NCBI GenBank assembly: GCA_002269645.1
Contig: NIVC01002165.1
Span: 1-64,000, forward strand
Length of the DNA stretch: 64,000 nt
Origin: Macrostomum lignano
Taxonomy: Eukaryota
Direction: 5' to 3'
The position numbers and the translations under genes were made by a program. Under the pieces are notes generated by a model. The model had not been told where the DNA came from. It made no database searches and saw only the letters and a list, made by a program, of their open reading frames with translations. Below are positions 20,325 to 53,091 of the stretch, one piece after another. The stretch's first letter is position 1. Each line of letters opens with the position of its first letter.

Positions 20325-22240
20325 AATACTGACACATTATGGACATCTCACTACTGACACATTTTATACATCTCACTACTGACACATTTTATACATGTCA
20401 CTACTGACACATTTTATACATGTCACTACTGACACATTTTATACATCTCACTACTGACACATTTTATACATGTCACTACTGACACATTTTATACATGTCA
20501 CTACTGACACATTTTATACATGTCACTACTGACACATTTTATACATCTCACTACTGACACATTTTATACATGTCACTACTGACACATTTTATACATCTCA
20601 CTACTGACACATTTTATACATCTCACTACTGACACATTTTATACATCTCACTACTGACACATTTTATACATGTCACTACTGACACATTTTATACATGTCA
20701 CTACTGACACATTTTATACATGTCACTACTGACACATTTTATACATCTCACTACTGACACATTTTATACATCTCACTACTGACACATTTTATACATCTCA
20801 CTACTGACACATTTTATACATCTCACTACTGACACATTTTATACATGTCACTACTGACACATTTTATACATCTCACTACTGACACATTTTATACATGTCA
20901 CTACTGACACATTTTATACATCTCACTACTGACACATTTTATACATCTCACTACTGACACATTTTATACATCTCACTACGGACACATTTTATACATCTCA
21001 CTACTGACACATTTTATACATCTCACTACGGACACATTTTATACATCTCACTACTGACACATTTTATACATCTCACTACGGACACATTTTATACATGTCA
21101 CTACTGACACATTTTACATCTAGCCGCTGACCCATTTTAAACATTTAACAACTGACACATTTTACACATCTTACTACTGACACATTTGACACACCCAACT
21201 ACTGAAGTTGCACTTTTATACATCTGACTGCTGACAAATTATAAACATCCAAATGCTGACACATTTTAAGCATCCAGCTGCTGACAAATTTTATACATCC
21301 AAATGCTGACACATTTTAAGCATCCAGCTGCTGACACATTTTATACATCCAAATGCTGACACATTTTAAGCATCCAACTGCTGACACATTTTATACATCC
21401 AAATGCTGACACATTTTATACATCCAACTGCTGACACATTTTATACATCCAACTGCTGACACATTTTATACATCCAACTGCTGACACATTTTATACATCC
21501 AACTGCTGACACATTTTATACATCCAAATGCTGACACATTTGAAGCATCCAACTGCTGACACATTTTATACATCCAACTGCTGACACATTTGAAGCATCC
21601 AACTGCTGACACATTTTAAGCATCCAACTGCTGACACATTTTAAGCATCCAAATGCTGACACATTTGAAGCATCCAACTGCTGACACATTTTATACATCC
21701 AAATGCTGACACATTTGAAGCATCCAACTGCTGACACATTTTATACATCCAAATGCTGACACATTTGAAGCATCCAACTGCTGACACATTTTATACATCC
21801 AACTGCTGACACATTTGAAGCATCCAACTGCTGACACATTTTAAGCATCCAACTGCTGACACATTTTAAGCATCCAACTGCTGACACATTTTAAGCATCC
21901 AACTGCTGACACATTTTAAGCATCCAACTGCTCACACATTTTAAGCATCCAACTGCTGACACATTTTATACATCTCACTACTGACACACTTTAGACATCT
22001 CACTACTGACACATTTTAGATATCTCACTACTCACTACTGACACACTTTATACATCTCACTACTGACACATTTCAGACATCTCACTACTGACACATTTAA
22101 CATCTAGCCGCTGACCCATTTTAAACAGTCAACTACTGCCACATTTTAAACATTTACCAGCTGACACATTTTACACATCTTACTGCTGACACATTTTATG
22201 CATCCAACTGCTGACACATTTTATACATCTTATTACTGAC
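20325..22240. repeat. 25-bp minisatellite with two variant blocks between InR and CCDC186
   Basis: (CTACTGACACATTTTATACATCTCA)n, then (TCCAACTGCTGACACATTTTATACA)n. Confidence 0.95.
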
Positions 22241-23221
22241 ATATTGAATAAAATATATCTTGTAAATAAAGGTTTCGGTTGCACTTTAACAAATTTCCGA
22301 CACACACCAACGCATAATCCTTTTAAGGAGAATACTGTATAATGAAGTTATACAGATATAACAAACACAGGTTGGAACAGGCCGATCAGAATCAAAGCTG
22401 TTCAATTGGCTGTGAGAACTGTGTAATTTGAAAATTCAAATCTCCAATAAAAATACTCAAAGCAGCTGTCTGCAATTAATTTCACGGAAAAAATGATTTC
22501 ATTCGAAAACTGACTCGGTTTAAACAAAAACAAAACGGCATTAAGAAAACAACAATGATTTGTTTTTCTGCTTGTGTGGAAGCATTTTTGTGAGCTGAAA
22601 ATAAGAGGCAGTTAAATATAAAAGAACAATGACAAACAACCGCATGAGTTCGTATGACAGAGATTTATAAATAATAGGCTGATGGCACCAGGCAGGTATT
22701 CTTTCTGACTAGGCACTTCACCAACTTTCTTTTAAAGAAAATTTACATCGAATTTAAAATTCGATCTTTCCCGTTGCTGCTTATTGATTTTAAAATAAAA
22801 ATAAAAAGCATGCGCTAAGCTTAATACTTGCGAGTAGAGCGGTGCGAAAGTCAACAAGCGAACATGACAGCATATCCAGTGATCATAGATCCGAATAGCG
22901 GCAAGTTAAAGTAATGGATTAAGCACAGTTTCATTAAGAATAAACCGAGCACACAGAAAGCGTACACACGAATTGCACCGAGTATTACATAAATAGCTGT
23001 TACTGAATACAGTAACCAACATTGATAAAGAAATTCCCAAAGACCGAGGACAAATTAATAAAAACAATCGTTTTCCAAAAGCGAATTCCGTCTATGCAAC
23101 GAATGGTTTGCGCTTCGATAGCCCCGCTCTGCTACTATAGTTAGTAGTAGCTTCTAGTGGGCCTTTATCTGGCAATGCTAGGCTTCCAATCCAAAGGCCT
23201 GTCACTGCAGTAGTCCACGGT

Positions 23222-40421
<17,200 letters not shown>

Positions 40422-41469
40422 CTTTAGACGCGGCAGAAGCCAGCAGGCCAGCTGAATCGGCGCTAAGGGCACAGTATCAGCTTGGCTGAAATATTCGAAT
40501 CGAATTCAAATTATACGCCCAGAAAGCTACAAAAAACCAGCGCACTCTCGATTGTATCGAAAAACTGGACCCAAGCTTTCTAAGATTTAGGTTTGCTATA
40601 ACCGCACGATAACAAGTAGCTTACAAGCCTACTGTACCAACGAAACGCGAGGTCGCAGAAGTTGCACTCACTCCCTTGACGAACTGTTCCAAAAAATGCA
40701 GAATTCTTCAATCTAAAACTCAGCTAACGATCCGCCTCTCCTGTCAGCAGACTGGAGTTTTTGATACTGGATAAGACGGAATTAACTGCTACATTCTTAC
40801 TTTCAACCTGGCTGTCTGTCTGGCTATTATATCTGCAAGCTCCGCAGCCCAACCTGATTGGATGGCCCCAGAGATATTCGGCTAAGTCTAATCCTATTCG
40901 CTCAAGGCGTGCACTTTCTTTGCCAGTAGCGAGTGCGAGTACCCCCCCCGACCCGCCCGGCGAAGCTTTCTAGAAATCCCAGTTCGAATGAGGGGCTGGG
41001 GAGGAGGCAAATGTCTTAGGGAGGCAGAAACGCGGCGGAAAACAGTGTCAGCTGACCCACCCGGTCCCATCCGCCCAGCCAGTCCGCAGATCTCCCTCCC
41101 GCTTCCTACATACCGTTACGGATTAACGAAGGCGAAACCATGAAAATTCGATACTGAAAAGCCATGCAGGCAGCGCTCAAGTACAGGCGCACTAGCGAGT
41201 ATCATAATGGCAGAGCTCAAAGACCGAATCCTAAGGGAGGAAGCAAAACGGAAGCAAAACGGCAGTTGCTTTTAGGAACAGGAGATTTCATATCCTCTAC
41301 AAAAGGCTACAGTTATTGCTGTCTCCCAGGTACTTCTGATTTAGATTAGTGTAAAATCTTCAGTACATTTGTTCGAGAGAACCAGACTAAGATATGAAAT
41401 ATTTACAATTTGAGACTACAAGGATATGAACACTTAGAATCAGATTTCGAAAGTTTGGGATTACTAAGT

Positions 41470-42520
41470 CGTGAGATTTCGATGATGTGAGATTTCGATG
41501 ATATGAGATTTCGATCATGTGAGATTTCGATCATGTGATATTTTGATCAAGTGAGATTTTGATAATGTGAGATTTCGATCTTGTCAGATTTCGATCATGT
41601 GAGATTTCGAGCATGTGATATTTTGATCAAGTGAGATTTTGATAATGTGAGATTTCGATCATGTAAGATTTTTATCTTGTCAGATTTCGATCAGGTGAGA
41701 TTTCGATCAGGTGAAATTTCGATGATACGAGACTTCGATGATATGAGATTTCGATGATATGAGATTTCGATCTTGTCAGATTTCGATCATGTGAGATTTC
41801 GATCTTGTCAGATTTCGATCATGTAAGATTTCGATCATGTGAGATATCGATCATGTGAGATATTGATCATGTGAGATTAGATATCGATCATGTGAGATAT
41901 TGATCATGTGAGATTAGATATCGATCATGTGAGATTTCGATATGTTCAGATTTCGATCTTGTCAGATTTCGATCTTGTCAGATTTCGATCTTGTCAGATT
42001 TTGATTATGTGAGATATCGATCATGTGAGATATTGATTATGTGAGATATCGATCATGTGAGATATTGATCATGTGAGATATTGATCATGTGAGATATTGA
42101 TTATGTGAGATATTGATTATGTGAGATATCGATCATGTGAGATTTCGATATGTTCAGATTTCGATCTTGTCAGATTTCGATCTTGTCAGATTTCGATCTT
42201 GTCAGATTTCGATCATGTGAGTTATCGATCATGTGAGATATTGATTATGTGAGATATCGATCATGTGAGATATTGATCATGTGAGATATCGATCATGTGA
42301 GATATCGATCATGTGAGAAATCGATCAAGTGAGATTTCTATCATGTGAGATATCGATCATGTGAGATATTTATCATGTGAGATATTGATTATGTGAGATA
42401 TCGATCATGTGAGAAATCGATCATGTGAGATATCGATCATGTGAGAAATCGATCAAGTGAGATTTCTATCATGTGAGATATCGATCATGTGAGATATCGA
42501 TCATGTGAGCTATCGATCAT
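41470..42520. repeat. 16-bp minisatellite upstream of InR
   Basis: (GTGAGATTTCGATCAT)n and variants. Confidence 0.95.
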
Positions 42521-45500
42521 ACTTTTTCGAAATAAAAGTACTTCATTCGAAATAACTTTCGAATAATTATACGAAATAATTATACTTTTTCAAAATAACT
42601 CATTGCCCGTTATAATCCAAAAGCTGACCATAAAAAGCAGGAAACAAGCAGGTTGTCGGACAGGCAGCTGGGCAATGGATGCAAACCGATAAAGCAGCCC
42701 TATACTTAGGGGTGCAAATACCAAACTGTTAGGGGGATGGCGTGGAACCAGGCAGACTAATAGAGATGGAAAACAAGAGCGGGAGGGGGAGAGAGGTGAG
42801 GAACAGAAATTAGGGCAAGCTTTGCTGGATACCGGGCTTTAAAAAATTGGTTCGACGAACACAGCTCCTGAATTTATCTAAATATAAATATACACATACC
42901 CAGCCGCATCACTACCTGCAGTGGAGTCCGGGAATCAGGGACTCCGGGGGTCGCGGCTGACCCAGTCATTTAGAAAGTGCAAAATAACAACAGGCACACA
43001 AGTTGTTTTCCCGTGAAAAGTACGTTTTCAGCATCAGCGGCAAGCACCTAAATACCTTCACAGACATTATGATGAAATCAACAATCAAAGAATGTACAAG
43101 AGAAAAACACAGTATGTACAGTATATGTCACTGTCATCCTGAAAGTATCGATTGCAACGAATTAAACAATGCCCTTTGCTAGATTAAAAAAAAATAAAAA
43201 ATTGTAGTCGAGCATAACCTTAATTTTGGGTTAATTTTGTCTAACACATATTTGCTTTTAGCCTACTCTGAGTAGCTTTAGTTTAGGAAATATTTGTAGA
43301 TAGGCTAGTTAAGGCTAGACTAGGCGAAAATTTGCCAAAATATAGGCCTTGGGACTCTTGGCTTGGGACTCTTTCCACCATAGCTATAGATATGGCTTTG
43401 GGAAACTATGGATATACAGGTTTTTGACAGAACACATACAGAAGTTTCCTATATCTAGATCTCACATCTAATACTGGCCACTCAATAACTAAAAGGACCA
43501 TTGGAGCCTTCGATTTCATGGGTAGATAAGGGTAGAAATTAATGACTGTTGCCTAAAGTCCTTAGGGTCAGGGACTGCAACAGAGATTTTTAGAACTATG
43601 CAACATTGTGTGATTTAGCTGGTAGGGGCTAAAGTTAAGATAGATGCAGTCCTTGGTATTCTTCTTGTACAAGTAATAAATCATACATACATGTTAATGA
43701 TAGGTAATAGTAAATAGTATATACTAAGAAATATATGGAATGCCTTCTTAGGTGAAGTATTAACTTTTTGTGTGCCTGCATTGCTCCATTCTGGTATAGC
43801 AAAAAAAATTATCAGGGGAGGGGGATTTTCCCTTTCTTGGTAGTTTTATGGGCAGAAAAATGGATAGGTACTGCTACTAATAAAATGAACCTTAAAATTT
43901 TAATATCAATACACTGAATCTTGACCAGGAACAAGTAAACATTTTTTCCTTGACTTTTACCACCATTGATTTCAGTTAATAAGAAACAGTGTAATCTGAA
44001 TAAGTACCCAACTTAGTTGATTTTTTTAGTAAAGTAGAAGGAATATATACTATGTATACTACTAATAAGTAGAATAACAAATTAGAAGGATACAGAGTAG
44101 ATCTTGGAAAATATATATAGAATACCAAAGGCTCCAAACCTCTAATACCAAATACCTCTTATACTTCTAACCCCTAACCTCTACCTCAAATATACCTCTA
44201 ATACCAAAACCTATCATCTTAGGAATTCCCAGGACTAAAAGAAATATACATGCAATATATACATAACCTAGTAACAATAATATACCACTTAGGCCTATAT
44301 AAGAATGCTATTAATATAGAATGAGAATGCTATTAGAATAAAGTAAGAAATACTCAGACCAATACTTAGATATATACTCGACTTAAATTCTAAGACCTAA
44401 GGTAAAAAATTATTATTGTATAATAACCAAGTATTGTATAATATAACATTGGTGACAACTGTAAGATCAATTATAGAAGACAGAACAAATACCCCCTATT
44501 ACAACTTTTTGTAATAGCATTGCAACTATTGCAACTAAAATTTTAAATTAGTAAAACCCTATGATAGCTTTGGTGGTAGCATTGAGATTACTATAAGAGA
44601 GTAGAACCAAGAGACATATTACAAATAGAAGAACTGATGCCATTGGATTTATCATCAAAAGTTATAAGAAGTTATAATATATTATTTAAGTAGCTATGAA
44701 TTAGCTATACAATAAGCTACAGAAAAAGGTTTAAAGGTGGCTATGGATATATATATATATATCTAATCATTGAATTTCATTGAATTTCACTGTCTAGCTA
44801 ATACACAGGGCCAATAATAAAACCAATTGAATCTTGACACAGTCCTATCTATCTGTTTACACTGTACAAATGCTATGTACACTCAGCCCAAGCCCAACCC
44901 CAGTTATAGGGAATAAACATTAAATTTAATTGCACCCCTAACATGCGAGGTTTTATTTGGATTGAATGCAGAACATATGCACCCACCTCCCCCAATACAT
45001 AGGACCCACAGGTGGAGATTGGGGTGGTTATTTTAAAAAACAGACTGCCAACCCTCTACTAGAAAGATAAAGGGGCCAAAGAAGGTTAAGAAATCAGTTT
45101 TCTGCTTTTTTAGGGATCTGATGAAAATACAAAAAATGAAAGATTAAAATAGCCTAAAGCCAATTCCAGAAAATTTGCAGTTTTCCCATATAAGTTTTGA
45201 TGCTGACTTGGCAGTATTATAGGAGTTCACTTGCAACATACATACATATAAACAATGCAACAGTTTTAGTATTTAGAAATGAAAAAAGAAAAAAGGTGCC
45301 TCTTTTCTTCATAGTCTAAAATATATATACATACAAGAATTCCTTGTCCTATATATCTTGCCCTTTAAATATAGCATATAACTGCCTAAGACTTTAGTTT
45401 GAAAACCAGTCTATGTCAAGAAGATAGCAAGTATACACTAAAAGCAAAGGGTTGCAAAAACACATTTGTGTATCAATTTATACTAGAAAAAAAATAATGT

Positions 45501-48129
45501 ATTTTATATTTAAAATATTTTAATAGTAATTTATGAATGTATTACATTTTTATTATATCATAACTTTCATGAAAATTAATTGTACATATACCAATTACAA
45601 TTCATTTCTAGTATGTAAAATTTTTGCCCATTTTGCTAAATATAAAACCATTTATTTTGCCTTTTTTTAAAAATAACATTTTCTTTTACTATAATCATAA
45701 AAATGGGAAGATATATCCTTGTATCCTTTTCCCCCTAGTTAGTTATACTATTGATAATTAGCAATCTCATAAGTTTAAATATTGTACAATATGAGAGTTA
45801 AAAATTATTCTGAGCATGCTAAATATAAGAACTCTATCCTGGTGGTTGCCATATACAGGTATACCTTCAATAATATCCTAGCTAATGCTAGTACCCATTT
45901 TATAAATAGGTAAACTGAAGCAATATACCGGGTTCAACAATAGTTTTTAACCTGTGTATATGTAGGCTTATATCTTATCTCTTTTAGACAATTGAGCCTT
46001 AAAAAATTTTGTTGTCAATTACATATATATTGGTCAACATATTTCAGCAGTGAGCAGCTAAGCTGAGCTCTTTTCATAAAGAAATTCATTAAAGTCCACT
46101 TGATTGACAATTTTAATTTCACCAAAATGTCAATTGAAGCAAAGAGACTATGCTGTTTCATGTAGAAGTTCTTGTCAGGAGAATCATAGAGCTGACTAGT
46201 GCATGCTACAAGACAGTCTACAACATAAAGAACAAGTTAGAGGAGAATGATGACCTTGTTCCATTTTTGGAATAAGACAATGTGGCCATTGAACTCACTA
46301 GATGCCAACCCACTTGATTACTCTATCTGGCAGTATATGGAAAGTGAGGCCTGTGCTGTCTGTCATCACAATATTAATGAGACAAAGGCTATTGTCAACA
46401 AGGTCTAGGTAAATCTAGATCGAGACTATATCTAAAAAATATGCCAGTCATTTCCACAACAAATTGAAGCCACCATTGCTGCTAGTAGAGGATATTTTGA
46501 CTAATTTTATTGCCTATAACATGTTTTAATATCTTGTTAAGTTTTATATAATTTGCTTGCTCTACTTTTTTCAAGGTGAAAAAATTTGTACTATATGTGT
46601 GATGCATAAAACTTTTGTTGAAACTGGTAAAGTTAAGAAGTATCTTGCTTAAAGACACAAATTGTTTTAAATAAGTCAAAAATTAAACTTTAATATTGCT
46701 TTAATCACTAGGCTTAGATTTTTTATTTTAATCCTAAATTTTAAATAACCTTCAATCGAAAACATAAATATTATACCATATTTTTTTACTAAAATAAATT
46801 CCTAGAACTAAAAATAAATAGAATTAGCATCCCCTATTGCAGCCAAAGTCTAAACTGTATTAGACATCCCTTTTCTTTATTAAGCCATGCTAGTGTGCCA
46901 GACTATGCCCACAATGCTAAAGGCTAGTCTACACTAAATATTGTCCACAATATTGGCAATTGGCTACAATAAGGTTGGTTAATAGTCATATATATACTAT
47001 TTTATCTGCCTCTTTTTTGTCTACAAAAATACATTTAAATCATTTTGTCAAAAGTCTAACTTAGAATAGAATAATGATAAGATAACAAACTCACTCATTA
47101 ATAAAAATGATAAACTAACATAATTGATATTTTAATAATAATAATAATAATAATAATAATATTAATAATAATAATAAAGACCACTATTTGTCAATCATCT
47201 ATACTATAAAAAAATAATAGGCCTATAAAAACATTTTTAAAAATCATCTAATCACAAAAACATAGTCATATTGACTTGAAGATATTTTTTCAATTGTCTT
47301 CAGGACTATTAGATGTCCAAATATTATTTAAAGGTTTATAACATTTTATTTGTTTGTCTAAGATATTGGGAAAACAAAATTACATATGCAAAAATGATAT
47401 CATCACTATAAATGTTTGGATAACTTGCAAATCTAGATTGTAATAAGCAGTAAAGAATATTTTTGTTATGTTCTAATTAACACAGAGAGTTTCTTTGATT
47501 GAAGCTTTTGAGTTCAGAGATACACATCTTGCTCACGATATATTTATAGAGGTGAAACTCCTACTTGCACGTTGCATTGCCAAATCGATACGCAATCACC
47601 TACACATTCTGGTCTGAGTATAGTATACACCCACGCATTCAATAAGGTCAATAGTTAATTGTCAGTGGTCAGTATTGCGCAAGCATTGTCAATCAAAACA
47701 ATTTTAATAATATTTCTAGCAATAAAATTGGTTCTAACAATAGAAACAATAGAAAAATAAGTTTCAAATATATAAAACTAAATTTATTTTCTTTTTCAGT
47801 CACTTAATTTATTGGTTGATAAAAGATTGTAGACAAAGTGACTAGGCTTATGCATCATAAGGTTAGTGGCTATCCTGCAAAATCATTTGTTAAATTATTT
47901 TCTCAATGGAAATAACTTGCATCTTAACTCTAGAGTTTACAATAATATAAGAAAGTAACATTGAAACAATAGAATGTAAACTAGATGCTGAATTAGTTTG
48001 TTATAGTCATGTCTTTACATACTTCACATATTTAGAATAGGTAGGCCTAGCAGTGGAAAACCTAGTATAGAAATTTGCCAAATGTGTTCTGCTAGAACTG
48101 TTGCTGCCACAAATACTCCTGTAGGTACA

Positions 48130-48850
48130 ATTCAGATAGTCCATCAGTCATCCCATGCATATGGCAAAACTGGGCCTTGTAGTGCACCCATGTCCCCTTA
48201 ATCTAGTTGGTATGCACTGTTGGGTCATTTGGATCCACAAAGTTAAAGTGGTGGTTCACAAACATATGGTTTGGCAATTAGTTATAGGCCTGCCAACTAT
48301 TGGTTATAATCTTTGTTCTAGGCAGGACATGCTGTTGAATGATAGGCACTAGCATCTCAGCCTAGCAGTCAGGAACAATAAGCATGGCGCAGCAGTTTGA
48401 ACCCCTCTCAACCATGCCAAGTACTCAATGGCCTTCTAAGTATTGCCCAATGTGTTTCTTGCAATGAAAAAAAATTGCTTTCATCTATCTTGACTTCAGT
48501 GTTGGGGCTCCCAATTTGCATTGGGTGGTTCATAAGGTACTGTGCACAAATATCATGACAGAAGTTTGCCCAGTCAACAACAGTATGCCACAAGTCAATC
48601 TGGCATTCTTGCATAATATCTTGCAGCCTAGTATGCATGGACCATAGATAAACCTGATAAACTCCTCCGCATGGCACAAGTTGCAAGACCAAGCTTACCC
48701 ATCTAGAAAACATGTACTAACACAAATCTATAGCTTCATGGCAGCGCATGATCACCTCCACTATCTCCAAGGCCACCACAATGGCATCTTTGCTTATTGG
48801 TACATTTGGTGGTACAAGTGGTACATTGCTAGCCACTGCATGATAGCTTG
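48130..48850 (-). pseudogene. Degenerate Merlin (IS1016/IS1595-like) transposase
   Basis: Minus strand gives TVVDWANFCHDICAQYLMNHPMQIGSPNTEVKIDES, then in shifted frames GHWVLGMVERG and HHFNFVDPNDPTVHTN..EGTW, characteristic Merlin/ISXO2 DDE motifs. Multiple frameshifts. Confidence 0.85.
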
Positions 48851-49630
48851 CATATCAGCTGTCATTGTAGCAATTCTGTGAAATGTAACAGTTCCATGTT
48901 CATTAGTTCTAATGCTAGGTGAATATCTTGAGATGGCACAATCCACATTAGGGTAGAAGGTTTAGTCATATTGAAGTAAAGAGTACTTAAATCCTAATAT
49001 TCTCAGTTTAGCAGCTAGTTTCTAACCCCAAGCCTATCTCCCTTTAAATGCACAGAGTTGATATTGATGTAATGATTTTGGCCATAGTCGTATTTTTGGC
49101 ATTGCAGTTTATGCTATGCCACTATAATTTTTGGAATTAAAAACATACTAATGCGCAAATTCAAATGGAAAAATAATTTAACAAACAATTCTGCAGGATA
49201 GTTGGGTTAGTATCTGACAATAAAAAGCTTTATGCTTTAAAATTAAATAGCTAGACACTACCCAATTATCCATAGTTTATATAACCTAGCAAAGCCAAAA
49301 CCAGAAATTTGCTATATATTTAACACCAAAATTATATACAAACATGTTGAGAAAGTATAAGAGAGATATAAGAAAGTATAAGAAAGTATAAAGTTTTGCT
49401 TGACAAAACTAGTATTAAAAAAACAATTTTGAAATACATGCAAAGAATAGGCCTACTGCATGTTTTTGATATTTTTGTTTCATATGGCAATCCTTTAGTT
49501 TCCTGCTCTAAATTATTTAAACCCTGGAGGACCAATGGGCCTGCTACAACATGTTGGCCAACTATCTGACAGTCATTTGTTACACTTCCAAGATGCCAAC
49601 AACCTAGCAGCTCATACAAATACTATAGAG

Positions 49631-49802
49631 CATGTTTGGGTGCAACCTAGGGATTCACTCGGCTGTTTCTATTGGCAACACACACATGTAAGTCACTATT
49701 GGACAGAATAGTAGTCACGTGATTGCTTTCAGCCAATAGCAACTTACATGTGTGTGTTGCCAATAGAAACGGCTGGGTGATTCCCAAGGTTGCGCATGTA
49801 TA
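49631..49802. mobile_element. 172-bp hairpin MITE, 8-bp TSD (hAT-like)
   Basis: ~55-bp inverted arms (GCAACCTAGGGATTCACTCGGCTGTTTCTATTGGCAACACACACATGTAAGT and its reverse complement). TSD CTATAGAG at 49623-49630 and 49803-49810. The right end shares TACATGCGCAAC with the 55126-57203 element. Confidence 0.75.
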
Positions 49803-49964
49803 CTATAGAGGGAATGTGGGACAACTGCAAAGCCAAGTTTTGAGCTATGCATGGAACCAGCAAAAATTTGTTCAAAACATACCTGCACGAGTTCATGTAG
49901 CACCAGGCTTTCCCCCATCAGCACTTCAGCAATATCCTCTATTGGATGACATTATTACCCTATG

Positions 49965-52828
49965 CAGGGTTTTTTTTTGTGCGCAGAGTGTGCGTATGCA
50001 CCCTAAATTTTAAAATCGCACCCTGAAATTAAAAAAGTAGGTGCGGTTTAGGTGCGGTCTTATAACCATTTTTCTTTAAAGGCTTAACCATGCTTAAGCT
50101 ATTTTTTATGCACTGCCTTAAAATATGAAACAAAATAACTCTTTAAATCCTATTAAGTCATATAGGCGATATAGCCTATAGCTATAGCCTTATGTAAGAT
50201 ATTAAAATATACATTCCCAGTTGTCTGAAATGTGAGCAATGTGAGGGTTTCACGAGAGATATTCAGACAAAGGCTCCCTAAAACACGCCCCGCACCGGGC
50301 CCCGAACTGCTACACATTATAACATTTTTTGTCAATGCAGTATTTGATTGCAAGGAAAAGTTAAAATAGTAATGGAATAAATATCTTTATTTTTTTTTTA
50401 AATATTATTATTTTTTATATTCTCGTTTTCATTATTAAATTATAATATTATTATTTTATTAATATTATTATTAATATCACTTATTGTTCACCGAATTTTA
50501 TATTTCAAAGTAAAAAAACTAAATTTAATAAAAACTTGAAGCTTAACAGAAAACGCATTCTGAAGTGTCTTTAGTTATAGTCCAATTTGTTTTAATGTGT
50601 AGCGCTGCAGGGCGGTACGGGGTGTGTTTTAGGGAGACCCATTCAGACAGACATTCAAAATGATTGTCTGTAACTTCAAACAAAATTGACCCGCTTCAAC
50701 CATCTTTTTGGCAAATACTTACGCAAGTGTTGGGCGTCGAATAAGCTTTAATTTATTAACTGAAGTAAAAATCCTTCTGACATACATTGATTTAAAAATT
50801 GCTTAGCAACACTAGCTCTGATTAGAAATCGCTTTACTGTTGACTAAAATTGTTTTGATCGTAGCAGTCTAAAAGCAGATACTGGATTTAAAAATGCTTC
50901 GATTTACTCTATACGCATGTCTCAGCTTTAAAATGACACCTCAGGCGTCGCAAAAGACAGCTTTGATGCTGAGATATTCGACACTAAACATGCATTGCTT
51001 TGCGCAATCTCACATTCAGAAATTTCACTGATTTTTTGTCGATATTTGTGCAGTTGCCATGTCCTTGTTTTTCATCAGAATCTTGTCAAATTCTAGTCAT
51101 GTCTATACGCATGTCTCAGCTTTAAAATGACACCTCAGGCATTGCAAAAGACAGCTTTGATGCTGAGATATTCGACACTAAACGTTGCTTTGCTCAAACT
51201 CACATTCGGAAACTTCACTGATTTTTATTCAATATTTGTTCAGATGCTTGTCTACTTCTCCATTTATTAACCATCGCATGGAGCCTTGCTAACGTACAAG
51301 TGTATGTAGTTACAGTAAATGGGGTTTTTGTGACTCACTTAAACTTGTTTACGCATTCTGCAGCTATTCGCCGCCTTTCATTGGAGTGATTCATGGAGTC
51401 CAGTTGATAAATTTCCACAAATTGGACTGCTTCTACGTCAGATCTCAACATTTGGAACCGTCCTTGAACTATTTCAGAGTTAAGTGAGCTAATGGCATCA
51501 AATGGAAGGCTAGTGCTCGTACTTGTAAGCGAAGCAGGTTCACAATTGAAATGGTTGTATTCATGGCCATGGGATCTAAACTGATCTGTTTTACTTTCAT
51601 GATCGCTTTGGTCTCAGAAGGAGCAGCAGTTGATGGACTGAGGTGAGAAGAAGATGTGTCACGACTTGAGCTGTTTTTAGAAAATATCTTTATCCAATTA
51701 AATATTTTCATGCGGCTCCTTAGGTTGTTCCGAATTCCGAGTCTAGAAGTCAAGACAGAAAAAAGTTAAGAACTGCTACTGTAGTCCGTAGGGATTGGAA
51801 AGCTTAGCAGTACATTAGAAATCGCCAGTTCAATCTAAAAAGTTTGAAGTACATATAGCTATTGGGTTGCAACAACAGTAGAAAAAATTCTTCCTTTTTA
51901 TTTTATTCCCACCGCTTACCTCATTCCGATTTGGATAGCAGAATTGCCACGCAAAAAAGTAAAAACATAACAATAAACTATTTGCTTCATATTAATTGCC
52001 ACTGACTGTTAATAAACGCGACGTCAATTTCTCTCAATAACAGTTGGAACATGTTTCTCGTACATTCATATATTTATTTGAACCACAAAGCGGTGAAAAA
52101 GTCATGATTGGTTGCCATATATACAAATGTACACTCACAGACTCACTGACTCAGGTACAATCTATGCAATATAAAGGCAGGAATCATTAAAAATCAAATA
52201 CTTAAGACAGTTTAAGAGAAGTCCAGGTTTAAACTGGACATGACTAGAATTTGACAAGTTTCTGATGAAAAACAAGGACACGGCAACTGCACAAATATCG
52301 ACAAAAAATCAGTGAAATTTCTGAATGTGAGATTGCGCAAAGCAATGCATGTTTAGTGTCGAATATCTCAGCATCAAAGCTGTCTTTTGCGACGCCTGAG
52401 GTGTCATTTTAAAGCTGAGACATGCGTATAGAGTAAATCGAAGCATTTTTAAATCCAGTATCTGCTTTTAGGCTGCTATGATCAAAACAATTTTAGTCAA
52501 CACTAAAGCAATTTCTAATCAGAGCTAGTGTTGCTAAGCAATTTTTAAATCAATGTATGTCAGAAGGATTTTTACTTCAGTTAATAAATTAAAGCTTATT
52601 CGACGCCCAACACTTGCGTAAGTATTTGCCAAAAAGATGGTTGAAGCGGGTCAATTTTGTTTAAAGTTACAGACGATCATTTCAAATGTCTGTCTGAATA
52701 TCTCTCGTGAAACCCTCACATTCTAAACAAGACTCAAGAGAAATTGCACTCTGAGCCTTAAAATCGCACCTTGAAATTTGGCACAAGGTGCGATTTCGCA
52801 CCTTATCTCTGGCGAAAAAAAAACCCAG
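49965..52828. mobile_element. Non-autonomous hAT-type element (2864 bp) with long internal inverted arms
   Basis: Termini CAGGGTTTTTTTTT / AAAAAAAAACCCAG and exact 8-bp TSD ACCCTATG (49957-49964, 52829-52836). Internal inverted repeat 50238-51104 versus 52240-52721. Confidence 0.8.
50270..50640. mobile_element. 371-bp MITE with 9-bp TSD nested in the left arm of the hAT element
   Basis: TIR CTCCCTAAAACAC(G/A)CCCCG(C/T)ACCG..CTACACATTA. TSD ATTCAGACA at 50261-50269 and 50641-50649. The right arm (52690-52721) preserves the empty site. Confidence 0.85.
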
Positions 52829-53091
52829 ACCCTATGACTATGTAAAACTCTGTGAATTTGTTGTATTCAATGAGTTCATTTGTATGTTATTCATCATATG
52901 CTATAGATATTTGTATGTATATAGCAAGAACTCTGTGAGCTTGTTGGATTTTAAAAGTTCAAAAAGGGGTTTAAATAATTTAGAGTAGGAAACTAAAGGA
53001 TCACTATTTCATACAAATATATCTATTTTAAATTTAGAACTTTTTTTGTAAAATAATCTCAAAACTCTATTTATAATTTATTTAAATATTA

